DNA of 64,000 nucleotides, from positions 1 to 64,000 of IMG/VR virus record IMGVR_UViG_3300046542_000271; one strand, 5' to 3'. Made by a program: the position numbers and the translations under genes. Below the pieces are notes generated by a model. That model was given only the letters and a program-made list of their open reading frames with translations. It was not told the DNA's origin and searched no databases. This document shows, piece by piece, positions 18,376-28,389 of this stretch. Each line of letters begins with the position of its first letter. Positions within the stretch are counted from its first letter, which is position 1. The DNA is from a virus.

Positions 18376-19332
18376 TTACTCCTGTTTCAAAGCGGCCTTG
18401 AGCTTGAGTGTCAGCTGCGTGGCTTGTTTGGTTGGGGCGATCCCTGGAATCTGTCTACCGTTCGTTGTGTTGCCGAACTCGGTGTCCAGTTGGATACCTC
18501 CGATGGAATCGATCGTGTACGCAGAAATGGTGGTTCCATCACGCAGCTCGGTGAGGAGCTTCGAGGCCTGCTGCGGGTTGATACCCTTCAGATCGACTGC
18601 TACCGCGTCGAGTGGTTTTGTCGGCAATGCAAACCCGACCGTCTTCCACGAGTCCGTCACGGTGTTGTAGATGAATGCGCCGTTCTCTGCACGCAGGTCA
18701 CTACTGATCTCGACGAGGTCTTCACATTCCCACGAGTTCAGACGGGTAGCCCCTTCAGACTTGTTGAAGATCGCGGCGTAAAAGCGACTGGCCTGTTTTA
18801 CCGTACTGGTACCACCCGTCTGACGGTCCCAGAACTTCAGGTTTACATCAGTCAGTGGCACGTTAGCCGGAATCGGCAAAGTGCGGACGAGACGGCCGTT
18901 GATGTACCCGCTGACGGTCCTTGCGATCGGATCGATGGTCACTTCGAAGTACAGATACACGTCGGTCACAGAGACCGTGAGATCCGTCCAGAGGATCGGG
19001 CAGATGCTCAGCACGCTTGGGAGGTTGACTTTGATACCGGAGAGTGTTGGCCCGGCAACTGGCGCCTGGACCGTACCGTACCATTGCCAGCCGAACGTCA
19101 AGACTTCACCATCCACCAAGCGATTCAGGACGTCGAAGCTACGAGCCTGCAAATCGGTGTAGAGGCTGTTGAACGTCAAGACCTCGCCGTTACTGTTGAG
19201 TTGGTTACTTGCGATCTGGTAAAACTGGAATGGACTCGCACCCAAGGGGATCCAGGTGTTGGTGGGTGTGGTGGGTAGGTTGGTGCCCGCACCAGCAATG
19301 CCGCGTCCTGTATAAGCAAATAGTAATTTCAT
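18376..19332 (-). CDS. LamG/lectin-like putative receptor-binding tail protein
   Basis: MKLLFAY start, YFEVTIDP...GYING, FYAA...RL motifs. Confidence 0.6.
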   Translation of the reverse strand: MKLLFAYTGRGIAGAGTNLPTTPTNTWIPLGASPFQFYQIASNQLNSNGEVLTFNSLYTDLQARSFDVLNRLVDGEVLTFGWQWYGTVQAPVAGPTLSGIKVNLPSVLSICPILWTDLTVSVTDVYLYFEVTIDPIARTVSGYINGRLVRTLPIPANVPLTDVNLKFWDRQTGGTSTVKQASRFYAAIFNKSEGATRLNSWECEDLVEISSDLRAENGAFIYNTVTDSWKTVGFALPTKPLDAVAVDLKGINPQQASKLLTELRDGTTISAYTIDSIGGIQLDTEFGNTTNGRQIPGIAPTKQATQLTLKLKAALKQE

Positions 19333-19339
19333 GGTCTAC

Positions 19340-20293
19340 CTACGGCAACAATTTGAGGGAGGCAGTCACTTTCTTCGAGACGTTGTCAAAGTCAACAGAA
19401 CCCAGATGGTTAGCCACGTCGATACCTCGACCAACCCAGTTGTCGGCAACACCAACTAGAGGGGTGTCGAGCATACTGGTGGTGCGTTCGGAGCTACCGC
19501 TGCTAAGCTTGGCGTCTAACCGCTCTGGGAAAGCACCATCCACCGTACCGCCTAGCATCACCGACGATAACTTGCGGGTGCCGGAGTAATTGAACTCGAT
19601 GGTCTTCGGCGTCACGCTGAGTGTGTCGTCGATGTTATTGTCGGAATCTGAGCTAGGGAACTGACTAGCACCAACAACCAACGCCTCACAAGCCCAGCCG
19701 CCTAGGTAGACCTTTTCAGTAGCGGGTTTGAAGAAAGCCGCGTAGACATCCTTGACGATCAAGGTGGTGATTGCTCCGGTTGCCGGTGCTGACATAAAGT
19801 AGAAGTTCAGAGTCGTACGGTCGTGGTTAAGTGCCGACTGCACTGACTTGATGAACTTGCCGTTAACGTAGAGCGACCAGGTTTTCAGGTCATACGAACC
19901 GACGTACTCGACAAACATTCCAAGCTCACCTAAAGCACCTGCAACAACCTCGGTCCAGGTGAAGAGGTTCTCTTCACCGACACTAGAGGCTACTCGAAGG
20001 TAGGAGGCACCGTTTGTTGGAAGTACTTTACCTGCGGTGGTCGCCATGTAGTGCCCGCAACCGATCACTTCATCCGCCTGCCATGACGCCGCGGCGCGAC
20101 CGACCTGCAAAGAGAGGAATCCACTCGAGCCGGTCGTCCTCACCCCTTCAGGATCGGCGAAGACAGCGTTACCTATCTGGATCCAGATGAACATCGGCAG
20201 CTTCGCGATTCGGTTCCACGAAGCCTTGACGATATCGTACCGATGTCCGCTGTTTTGAAGGTCACTCGCGGTGACCGCATGAATCAGTCTCAT
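19340..20293 (-). CDS. LamG/lectin-like putative receptor-binding tail protein
   Basis: MRLIHAV start, FVEY...SLYVNG, VKDVYAA...YLG motifs. Confidence 0.6.
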   Translation of the reverse strand: MRLIHAVTASDLQNSGHRYDIVKASWNRIAKLPMFIWIQIGNAVFADPEGVRTTGSSGFLSLQVGRAAASWQADEVIGCGHYMATTAGKVLPTNGASYLRVASSVGEENLFTWTEVVAGALGELGMFVEYVGSYDLKTWSLYVNGKFIKSVQSALNHDRTTLNFYFMSAPATGAITTLIVKDVYAAFFKPATEKVYLGGWACEALVVGASQFPSSDSDNNIDDTLSVTPKTIEFNYSGTRKLSSVMLGGTVDGAFPERLDAKLSSGSSERTTSMLDTPLVGVADNWVGRGIDVANHLGSVDFDNVSKKVTASLKLLP

Positions 20294-20300
20294 AGATCAC

Positions 20301-21410
20301 CTACAGAGAGAACGTGTAGCCGTTGGGAACCAGGTTGGTAATCCAAGGCGCGCGGGTAAGAGTGAGGGTCGATTCACCTTTAAAGAACTTGCTGTTAGGC
20401 GCAGCTTTGAAGGTAACGTCAATAGTACCGGCTGGAGTAGGGTCCGCGATGTCCACGTTGACGAACTCGTTGGCATCGAATGGCAGACCAGCCATCGTAG
20501 CGAACTCAGCGACGTTAACCGCATCCAAGAACTTACCGGGTAGGATGTCCCAGACAGTTTTCGTAACCACGCGCTGTGGAAGCTCTGCCAACGACACCCG
20601 GAAGTAGTAGACGGTCTTATTGGTGACGGTCTGTCCTACTGTGAAGGTCAGAGAGATCTGACGATCGCGGGAGGTGGTCGGTCCAGCACTCGGCGCAGAG
20701 ACATCTGCGACTTGCGTCTGGGGTGCGGTGAACGTGTCATTGAACAGCTTGTTGAACTCAACGCGGAACGTGTCCTTCGTGAAGAACGCCTGCTGAGCAA
20801 CCAAGGTGTTCGCCGCCGGCCACTGAAGCGCCTTGAGGAGGAGTTCGAACTGACGGTCAGTACCATCGAGTCGACCCAAACTCACTTGGACGCCTGGCGC
20901 GAAGTAGTGCGACGTATCAGCCGTGGTCAGTACGGTTGGGACACCTGGCGTTATAGGTACAGCCTGGAAATCATTGACCGTGAGCGTCAGACCGTAAAGT
21001 CGGTTGAACGTAGCGATGATGTCGGCAAACGTAGCGATCGGGAAACCATCAGCCGGCTTGAACAGGTCCATGTCGATCGACGAGATCAGCTCACGCACGT
21101 CACGGCGACGATACACGATCGGAGTCGACCGCCGCTTACCAGACGACTCGAGGGCAATCAGGTCGATCGTCGCCCGAGCTGTGGCTGGGGTGTCGTTCAC
21201 GACAGGACCGATGTCATACTTCGTCGGATCGATCGCGATCCCTGTACTTACCGTGAAGGCTTCCAGGAGTTCTACGCGGGGCGTACGTTTGAATTGAGTA
21301 GTACCTGCGAGGCGAGTCACGACGCTAGCCGTGACCCCATCCATGTTGATGGTCGCTGGCACTGAGACGACGGCGCTCATTGACGCGCCGTCAAAATTCA
21401 TCTCAGCCAT
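20301..21410 (-). CDS. tail adaptor protein, paralog of 22422-23537
   Basis: N-terminal MNFDGASMS / INMDGVTAS strands; shared FF.KDTFRVEFNKLF and AAPNSKFF segments. Confidence 0.65.
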   Translation of the reverse strand: MAEMNFDGASMSAVVSVPATINMDGVTASVVTRLAGTTQFKRTPRVELLEAFTVSTGIAIDPTKYDIGPVVNDTPATARATIDLIALESSGKRRSTPIVYRRRDVRELISSIDMDLFKPADGFPIATFADIIATFNRLYGLTLTVNDFQAVPITPGVPTVLTTADTSHYFAPGVQVSLGRLDGTDRQFELLLKALQWPAANTLVAQQAFFTKDTFRVEFNKLFNDTFTAPQTQVADVSAPSAGPTTSRDRQISLTFTVGQTVTNKTVYYFRVSLAELPQRVVTKTVWDILPGKFLDAVNVAEFATMAGLPFDANEFVNVDIADPTPAGTIDVTFKAAPNSKFFKGESTLTLTRAPWITNLVPNGYTFSL

Positions 21411-21422
21411 GAAGGAGCTCTC

Positions 21423-22412
21423 TTAGTTGTTCACGATGGAGAGGGCGAGTTTGCACTCGGTCAGCGGAGTACCAGTAACGTACGGCTGCGGTGTAGCCAT
21501 GACCCGTTGGTTGGCGATCTCATCAAGCATCAATGTCGGAATCGCTGTCGGCATGTTGGCCGCTTTACGGGCAACTGTCTCACTGCCATTGAGGGTACGC
21601 TTCGTATTGACCGATGCCGTTGGCCCCTGACTGAAAGCACGGACACTTTCAACTACACCACACACCGAGAAATTGGCCACTGGTGCAGTATCGAATTCGA
21701 TGGTGTGATCACCGGTGACTAACTGTGCTGCACCGCCTGGGGTCATACCGTCGATGTTCAAGGTAGTGTTCTTCGCCACAAGCTTTTGGATCTTGAAGTT
21801 ACCCAGACGGTCATCGATACTGTCCACCACGCCGACGTAGAAATCGGTGATGAACATCCGGGTTGTCGTCTCCTGGGTGGCGAAGGAGTTGAAGTTAACG
21901 ATCTGTGTCGACAGCGGATAGGCGTTAGTGTTCAGGAGCGAAAAGATACCGCTTGCGCGCTGGATGCCGTTGATGAAGATCTTGTACGCCCCCGTCGCCG
22001 GACGGTAAATCAATTCAACGCATGTCCGCTTATTCTGACCGTACGTAGCCAGGATGTCGGCTCTGGTCAGTCCACCAATCCAGGTGACGATACTCTGGTT
22101 AGATGTGGTGATGGAGAAGAAGACACCGTTTGCGACGGGGGTGACGACCGGATCGATCATGATCCCCATCGCCAGCCAACACTCCCCAGTTGGGTAATCG
22201 GCGATGACCTCTTTCAGTGGCAGACCCGTCTGCGTGGCGTACGCAGCCATACTCAAACCTTTACCGGGCGTCGGGGTAGCTTTGTACCCACCCCAACCAT
22301 CTACGTGGAACAGGTCGAGCGTACCGAGTCGCCGGACGTTGCCGTCTGGGGTAGGTTGTACGGTCAGTGGGTTCGAGAAGTCATCGATCCCGATAGCAGA
22401 ATATACTCTCAT
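21423..22412 (-). CDS. LamG/lectin-like putative receptor-binding tail protein
   Basis: CVELIYRP.TG.YKIFING, ITDFYVG...RLG motifs. Confidence 0.6.
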   Translation of the reverse strand: MRVYSAIGIDDFSNPLTVQPTPDGNVRRLGTLDLFHVDGWGGYKATPTPGKGLSMAAYATQTGLPLKEVIADYPTGECWLAMGIMIDPVVTPVANGVFFSITTSNQSIVTWIGGLTRADILATYGQNKRTCVELIYRPATGAYKIFINGIQRASGIFSLLNTNAYPLSTQIVNFNSFATQETTTRMFITDFYVGVVDSIDDRLGNFKIQKLVAKNTTLNIDGMTPGGAAQLVTGDHTIEFDTAPVANFSVCGVVESVRAFSQGPTASVNTKRTLNGSETVARKAANMPTAIPTLMLDEIANQRVMATPQPYVTGTPLTECKLALSIVNN

Positions 22413-22421
22413 CTATTTCAC

Positions 22422-23537
22422 CTAGAAAACAAATTCGGTGTAAGGGACAACCGTGTCGGCGATGTGTGGTGCACGACTGATCGAGACACGCGTCGTACCG
22501 GTGAAGAACTTCGAGTTCGGCGCCGCAGTGATGTTGATGTTGATCGGGCCACGGTCGGTGGTTTCCACGATGGTGGTGTTAACCAACTCGTTGGCGTCCA
22601 GCGGGATGCCCGTCAGGGAGTTGAGTCGTGCTACGTTCGCTGGGTCGAGGATATTACCCGCCCAGAGGTCGTAAGTACTCGTCGCCATGTATTGTGAGGT
22701 CAACTGACCCAGGTCTAGCCTGTAGTAGTAAACCGTCTTGACGACATCACCTTGACCCTTGTTGAAGGTCATGGTCATTTGACGTTCGCGCTTGGTACCA
22801 AAGCCGGCCGCTGGTGCCGACACATCTGGGATCGTGGACTGGAGCGCTGTCCAGGTATCGCCGAACAGTTTGTTGAACTCAACGCGGAAGGTGTCTTTAA
22901 CGAAGAACGCCTTATGTCCCACGAGAGTCTTGGCAGCCGGCCAGTTGAGGCCGGGGATCTCCATGTCTCGATCGGACAACGCCACCACGCCGAGCGATGC
23001 CTTCGTACCTGGGATGAACCAGTAGGAGGAATCCTTCGCGGTGATGAGGGTATCGCCCGTTTGGTTGATCGGCCCGTCTTCGAAGTCCGCCAACGGAAGC
23101 TTCGTCAGGAACAGCCGGTTGAATTCGGTGATCACCTGATGGATGGTGGTACGAGCCGGACTGTACCGCAACAGGTCGAGGTTGTAGTCAGCTGTCAGGA
23201 TGTCGGCAGGGTAACGGGCGTAGGACAGGTCCAAGCTACCCGAGTACAATAGAGGACTCACCGCGCTGACGGCGACCTTGGTGTTGTATTCACCCTCATC
23301 AGCACCGGCCAAAGCAACAGGAGGACCAACGTTGAAGTTCTTCGGGGTGAACGGACGGCCGATCTTCGCTGCGATCGACTGATAGATGTCGTCGAGCGGT
23401 GCGAGTGTGAAGTTCGGTTGACCAAAAGGGACCTTGGTGAATAACGCTTTCGCCCCTACCGAGTACAGGGCGGCCTGTTGGGCCGCCTTTGTAGCGTAGA
23501 AGACGGACGCGCCACCAGTAATAGCTGACGTGGCCAT
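22422..23537 (-). CDS. tail adaptor protein, paralog of 20301-21410
   Basis: Two tandem family domains; YYRLDL, AAPNSKFF. Confidence 0.65.
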   Translation of the reverse strand: MATSAITGGASVFYATKAAQQAALYSVGAKALFTKVPFGQPNFTLAPLDDIYQSIAAKIGRPFTPKNFNVGPPVALAGADEGEYNTKVAVSAVSPLLYSGSLDLSYARYPADILTADYNLDLLRYSPARTTIHQVITEFNRLFLTKLPLADFEDGPINQTGDTLITAKDSSYWFIPGTKASLGVVALSDRDMEIPGLNWPAAKTLVGHKAFFVKDTFRVEFNKLFGDTWTALQSTIPDVSAPAAGFGTKRERQMTMTFNKGQGDVVKTVYYYRLDLGQLTSQYMATSTYDLWAGNILDPANVARLNSLTGIPLDANELVNTTIVETTDRGPININITAAPNSKFFTGTTRVSISRAPHIADTVVPYTEFVF

Positions 23538-23551
23538 AACTCAGAGTTTCC

Positions 23552-24709
23552 TTAGTTGACGCTCAGCGTGATCGTCTTCGTGAGAGAGGACGCGTCGATG
23601 TCGCCGTTAGGCAGCCTGACGTCGATCTGAGCAACGGTAGCGCCGATACCCGGCATACCTTGGGATTGTTGGAACGGATGCGTCCTAGGCGTCCTGAAGA
23701 CCGCAGAGCGACCATCTTGCAGCGCGCCCTTACACGTCTGTTTGCCGGAGACGTTCTTCAAGTCAGCCGTCACCATCACCGCGATACACTTCCCCTTACC
23801 TTGAGCAGCCGCATCATTCAGGAGCGTGTTGCGTAGGGCGAATGCCACTGGAGAACCAGCGGTAATTGGAACGGGTGTGCTGGCGGTATAGCGATCCGTC
23901 ACGACCTTCGTCAACTGACGCGGGGCGTTCAGCACGGTCGCGTTTGGATGCGAGCTGTTCACTACATCGGATAAGGTGGCGAGTGAGAAGTTACCGTGAC
24001 GGGGCGGATCTGTCGGCAGGTCATTCTCAGTGAAGAGGATGTCTTCGTACAGGTTTTCGTAGACGTACTGGTACGGTAGCGATGAGTTAGCCGGTGCGTT
24101 TTGGTTTGCCACCATCCCCACCATCAGACCTACGAACTTCAGGGTCGGATAGCCGGAGTAACTGGTGACTACCTTCGCCGCTTGGCCAGTTATCGGGTGC
24201 TTAGCGAACCATGTCACCGTGCGTCGCTTGCGATCCACCACGACTTCGCGACGAACACGCATACCTTCCACGATGGTCAAGACGGATGACATCGATCCGC
24301 CCAACTTCAAGATCGTGTACGTACCTTCGTCACCCTGGAGGATCATCCCCAGGTCAGCCATGTTGAAGATCCAGTTGGTGGGCAATGTCAGGTAGGTGTG
24401 GGTGAAGGACAGATTGAGTTGAGTCAACCGATCGGACAATCCAGGGTCGAGAGTGTCGAGGAGGTACGTCCACCCCTGTTCGACCGAAACAGAGTTCCGG
24501 CACCAGGTATTGCGCCGCATCTTGATACCGCCGGACTCAGGGTACGAGACGTAGTTAAACGGCGCGTTAGCGGCGTTAACCCGATTCTCGTACTGTGTCG
24601 CACGCATCATCGGGATGACACCAGCCATCGGCTGTACCAACAACTCACCCACATCCCGCATGTGGGCGGTACCAGCTCTGGACGTATCGACCAGATCAAG
24701 AATTTTCAT
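23552..24709 (-). CDS. divergent lectin-like putative receptor-binding tail protein
   Basis: REVVVDRKRRTVTWF, YENLY...RHG degenerate motifs; position within the cassette. Confidence 0.5.
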   Translation of the reverse strand: MKILDLVDTSRAGTAHMRDVGELLVQPMAGVIPMMRATQYENRVNAANAPFNYVSYPESGGIKMRRNTWCRNSVSVEQGWTYLLDTLDPGLSDRLTQLNLSFTHTYLTLPTNWIFNMADLGMILQGDEGTYTILKLGGSMSSVLTIVEGMRVRREVVVDRKRRTVTWFAKHPITGQAAKVVTSYSGYPTLKFVGLMVGMVANQNAPANSSLPYQYVYENLYEDILFTENDLPTDPPRHGNFSLATLSDVVNSSHPNATVLNAPRQLTKVVTDRYTASTPVPITAGSPVAFALRNTLLNDAAAQGKGKCIAVMVTADLKNVSGKQTCKGALQDGRSAVFRTPRTHPFQQSQGMPGIGATVAQIDVRLPNGDIDASSLTKTITLSVN

Positions 24710-24722
24710 GTGAGATTCCTAC

Positions 24723-25712
24723 TTACGGATCGATTTTGAACGACAGGGTAAGATCGTTACCGATATCGGCCGGATTGATCTTCACTATCCTGACATCGGG
24801 TAAGAGTCGCGGTTTGATATCACCCGCGATCTTAGCGCCGTTAGATCCAGCTTCGACATAACCGGTGCCGGTTACTTTCTGGTGAATGGCGTAGATGTAG
24901 TCAGCCGTCTTCAGTGCAGCTGGGTTGGCTAAGCTCTGGGTGAATAGCTTAGTACCCGCCGTGTCCAGCGTCGACGCCACGGTAGCCAAAGAACCCCAGT
25001 TATTCATGTCGGTGGGAGTGATGTTGAAGTTGAGGGTGTGGCTGGTGGTCAGCAACTGCTCGACCTTCAGATCGCCCAGCGGCTCAAACACCTCACCTAC
25101 CCCCAAGCCACCCATGTACAGATCACGAACATGACCTACCACCGGCGTGTTAGCGTACGGCATGTTGATCTGATCGGCATATAGACGGAAGAAGATCGGA
25201 TACGCGCTGTCGATACCCTGAGGTGCCGGCCACTTAATCTTCGAGACGAATCCGCCATCGATATAGATCCAGAGGGTACCTGTCTTCCAATCGATGACGA
25301 TCTCCCAATACTGACCATTATCGTCCGTGAGGTGCGGGGTGTAAGGGATTGGACAACCGATCGAGCTGTTGCCGGTACTCGGTTTTTCTGAAGCGAAGGC
25401 GTAAAGGTAAGGAGTGCCCGATGCCTCACCTCTATAGCCTGACTTCGTCACGATACGGAAGCCCACCACCGAGCGATCGTACGTATCGTCCTTCAGACTG
25501 AACACACCGGCGTTGATGGTAAGCCCAAAGGCGTACTGAAACCAACCAGTGGCGTCCATCGAGACCGGACCGTTAAACAACACTCCGGGTTGATTGAGGT
25601 CGTTGGTGAAAACGTTAGTGACCGGACTCACACTGAACAGTGGTGACGAACGTTCATCCGAGTTGTAGTCAGCGACGACCTTCGGCGCACCCATTAGGGC
25701 CAGCATTTCCAT
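24723..25712 (-). CDS. LamG/lectin-like putative receptor-binding tail protein
   Basis: VVGFR, YWEIVIDWKTGTLWIYIDG, VRDLYMG...LG motifs. Confidence 0.6.
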   Translation of the reverse strand: MEMLALMGAPKVVADYNSDERSSPLFSVSPVTNVFTNDLNQPGVLFNGPVSMDATGWFQYAFGLTINAGVFSLKDDTYDRSVVGFRIVTKSGYRGEASGTPYLYAFASEKPSTGNSSIGCPIPYTPHLTDDNGQYWEIVIDWKTGTLWIYIDGGFVSKIKWPAPQGIDSAYPIFFRLYADQINMPYANTPVVGHVRDLYMGGLGVGEVFEPLGDLKVEQLLTTSHTLNFNITPTDMNNWGSLATVASTLDTAGTKLFTQSLANPAALKTADYIYAIHQKVTGTGYVEAGSNGAKIAGDIKPRLLPDVRIVKINPADIGNDLTLSFKIDP

Positions 25713-25720
25713 ACATCACC

Positions 25721-26044
25721 TCACTGGTTGAAGTGGAGGTAGACCCGCGTCGCATCTCCCAGGTTTACGCCGACCACACGGTTGAACAGTGGGTTGGTTG
25801 GGAGGTCGTTGTGGTTCGGACCGTTGAGGAAGACTTCAGCCTTGCAGACGTTGGTCTCACGAGCGTCATCGCAATCGTTGACCCACATGCCAGCGGCCTT
25901 AGGATCGCGATCGGACATGATCGTGGCCAGGTGGGTGCCGTCTTCTTTACTCAACTCACCCAGAGCCAAGCCAGACAGGAACTCAGCCTCGGCAGTGAAG
26001 TTCACGCGGAAGAAGTTAGGACGAGTAGCAGTGCGAGTGGTCAT
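25721..26044 (-). CDS. stand-alone C-terminal domain of the tail structural family
   Basis: ATG overlaps the upstream stop (ATGA); LPTNPLFNRVVGV...VYLHFN matches the C-terminal domain of the 27486 and 29337 proteins. Confidence 0.6.
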   Translation of the reverse strand: MTTRTATRPNFFRVNFTAEAEFLSGLALGELSKEDGTHLATIMSDRDPKAAGMWVNDCDDARETNVCKAEVFLNGPNHNDLPTNPLFNRVVGVNLGDATRVYLHFNQ

Positions 26045-26544
26045 GTCGTTTGGTTCCAAGTGAAGGAATCGGTATTGACGTAGAGCGAGATGTGTTGGAA
26101 CGGCTCTACGCGGATGGTGGTGGTGCCGTACCACGCCAGAGACCCAGGCTTAGCCGTGAGGGTTAGCGTGTAGACACCAGGTGCGCCAGTGGCGACTAGC
26201 GGGGTCGGTTCGATATCCGTCGCATCGAACAGAATGCCCAACTGAGCCAACAGGTTCGCGAAGTGGGTGTGGGCAGTATCGCCAGCGGTCACGTTGAACC
26301 GAATGACCTTGGCTGAGATCCCAACCGATTGCAGGTCGAGCCGTTTGAAGCTGAAGATCCGACTGTTTTTGTAAGTGGTGTTCTTCGCCGACGGGGACAA
26401 TTTGATGCGCGCCGCGTCTTGCTGTAACGGGTTATCGATCACCACCGGCGAGAGAGCCCACATCGTTGGATCGACAACTGTCAACGATGCGTACTTCTGA
26501 AGCTGGAGGAGGATCGTAGCCTTTGAACCTTTTCGGAAGTCCAT
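26041..26544 (-). CDS. N-terminal part of a tail structural family protein
   Basis: FKRLDL and AKPGSLAWYG motifs; stops before the C-terminal domain. Confidence 0.65.
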   Translation of the reverse strand: MDFRKGSKATILLQLQKYASLTVVDPTMWALSPVVIDNPLQQDAARIKLSPSAKNTTYKNSRIFSFKRLDLQSVGISAKVIRFNVTAGDTAHTHFANLLAQLGILFDATDIEPTPLVATGAPGVYTLTLTAKPGSLAWYGTTTIRVEPFQHISLYVNTDSFTWNQTT

Positions 26545-26553
26545 GGATTACCC

Positions 26554-27432
26554 TCAGACTTTATAATGCAGGTACAAGATGTCCGGCATGTTAGTCAGTT
26601 TACTGGAGCGGTAGAGGATGACGCAGCGGTTATAATCATCGCTGTTGAAGTAGCCGCTGGCGTTGGGTAGGATGTACCGAAGGCCATACGCACTCAACAA
26701 CCCACCTGGGGTCGTATCAGCACCCAAGTCAAATGGTTGACCTGTGATGGTGGCGATGTACTCGACCAGGTTCAGCAGGTCCAGATCGGTAGGGTTCAAC
26801 GCTTTCGCCGTCGAGGTACTCCAGGTCTCCAGGTAGTCGGAGAACGCAGAGAAGTCGTGTCCGTACGTAGCGTAGCGGCGCAGGGGATCCGCTTCGTTAC
26901 GTGGAACGCCGTCCCAATGTACCAACATTGGAGGCGCTGCTGGAACGTGGAGGTCAGTCGGGTACCTGGCGAGGAAGCCACAAGTGATCTGGCCAGTGAA
27001 CGCCGGGTTTTTGGCATTCATCGTCAGGTAGCTACGACTGGTGGTGTTGCCGTACACTTGGAATGACGCGAACGATGTCGTGTCAGCTTCCACCAACGAC
27101 AGTCCGGTACGCTTGTTGAGGGCTGCGAGGACGTCTGAAAGTAGGACGACCGCGGTAGCGTACCACTCATCAAACCACACCATCGCATTGTCGGGCAGCA
27201 GCGACTGAAGGGCCAGACGACGATAACGAACCTTGAAGCCACCGATGTACGGACTGTTCGACCGCGGGGTGATGGTCATCTCGGTATTGCGGAAGTTGCC
27301 GGCGGCCGACCATGCGACAGGAGTACCGAAGAAACACTCGTTCGCTTTAATGGGGAACGGGAGATCCGGGTTGTCACGGTTGATCAGGTCAGCCACCAAT
27401 TCACCGGTTGGCTTTTTGTAATCTATAAACAT
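26554..27432 (-). CDS. virion tail structural protein (paralog family, type B)
   Basis: DLINRDNP.LPF, YRRLAL, YG.DFS, LYLHY; start placed at MFIDY because a terminator lies over the longer ORF start. Confidence 0.75.
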   Translation of the reverse strand: MFIDYKKPTGELVADLINRDNPDLPFPIKANECFFGTPVAWSAAGNFRNTEMTITPRSNSPYIGGFKVRYRRLALQSLLPDNAMVWFDEWYATAVVLLSDVLAALNKRTGLSLVEADTTSFASFQVYGNTTSRSYLTMNAKNPAFTGQITCGFLARYPTDLHVPAAPPMLVHWDGVPRNEADPLRRYATYGHDFSAFSDYLETWSTSTAKALNPTDLDLLNLVEYIATITGQPFDLGADTTPGGLLSAYGLRYILPNASGYFNSDDYNRCVILYRSSKLTNMPDILYLHYKV

Positions 27433-27450
27433 GATCAGATTCTCGTTGAG

Positions 27451-27484
27451 GATGGAGCTGGTGTGATCCAGCTCCATCTATGCC
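27451..27484 (-). terminator. terminator hairpin with GCATA leader
   Basis: On the minus strand: TGA-CGGCATA-GATGGAGCTGG-ATCACA-CCAGCTCCATC. Confidence 0.7.
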
Positions 27485-27485
27485 G

Positions 27486-28376
27486 TCAGCTGATGGCGTT
27501 CGGATCTTCTGGGTCGTTGTAGTGGAGGATGAACCGACCACTCGGCTTGGTCACCGTACCGGCCAGTTCAAGTACCATGATGTACTTGTAGGCAGGGTTC
27601 GAGGCGTACTCGATGGAGTTCAAGCCGTTATAGACGCAGGTAGCGCCGAACACGTTCCACAACAGCGCGGTGGCGTCAACAGCAGTCCACAGCAGAGCGC
27701 CGAGGCCTTTGTCGAGCGACTTCAGTGCGTTAGCGATCAGAGCTGCCTGAGGCTGAGTGAGAACGCCGCCATCGTCGATCAGCAAGAACTGATCGCGGTA
27801 CAGGCTGAAATCGTAGCCGTAGGTGTAGATCAATGCCGAGGTCTGAGTGGTGAAGTCATCCACCGGGTAGTTCAGACCATTCAGCGTGGTCGCTTGCAGG
27901 TAGTTGTCGATCAACGCACCGCCAGGGATGATGTCGAACGTCACGCTACCCAACCAGATCAGACTGCCAGCCTTTGCCCGTACAGTGACAGTCGCCTTAC
28001 CTTGACCGTCCAAGGTAATCGGATCATCTTCCACGTCGTCCGCGTTCAACTTGATCGCGTAGTAGTAGAGGATGTTCGACAGGATGTCGTGAACAGAATC
28101 CACCTGATAGCACGGCAACGTACGTACTGGACGGAAGTGACGGAAGTCACCCAGTTGCAGGCGATCGTACACCAGGTAGGTTTTACCTTTGAAGTCGGCA
28201 CCCGGCATTGGGGTGGCCTTGATAAAGGTGTTCTTGGTGGTGGTGCCCTCACGCCACGTACCAGCAACAGGCTGTGGGACCGAGAGGGCAGTGTTAAGTG
28301 CTGTGAACCGCGTCGTGCCGTTAGCGGCGTTGATGTAGTCCAGTAGACTTTGCTTGGGATTAATGAAGATGCTCAC
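27486..28376 (-). CDS. virion tail structural protein (type A)
   Basis: MSIFINPKQ..DYINAAN, YDRLQL, LNGLNYP, GRFILHYNDPED. Confidence 0.78.
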   Translation of the reverse strand: MSIFINPKQSLLDYINAANGTTRFTALNTALSVPQPVAGTWREGTTTKNTFIKATPMPGADFKGKTYLVYDRLQLGDFRHFRPVRTLPCYQVDSVHDILSNILYYYAIKLNADDVEDDPITLDGQGKATVTVRAKAGSLIWLGSVTFDIIPGGALIDNYLQATTLNGLNYPVDDFTTQTSALIYTYGYDFSLYRDQFLLIDDGGVLTQPQAALIANALKSLDKGLGALLWTAVDATALLWNVFGATCVYNGLNSIEYASNPAYKYIMVLELAGTVTKPSGRFILHYNDPEDPNAIS

Positions 28377-28389
28377 TGACTTCTCCTGG

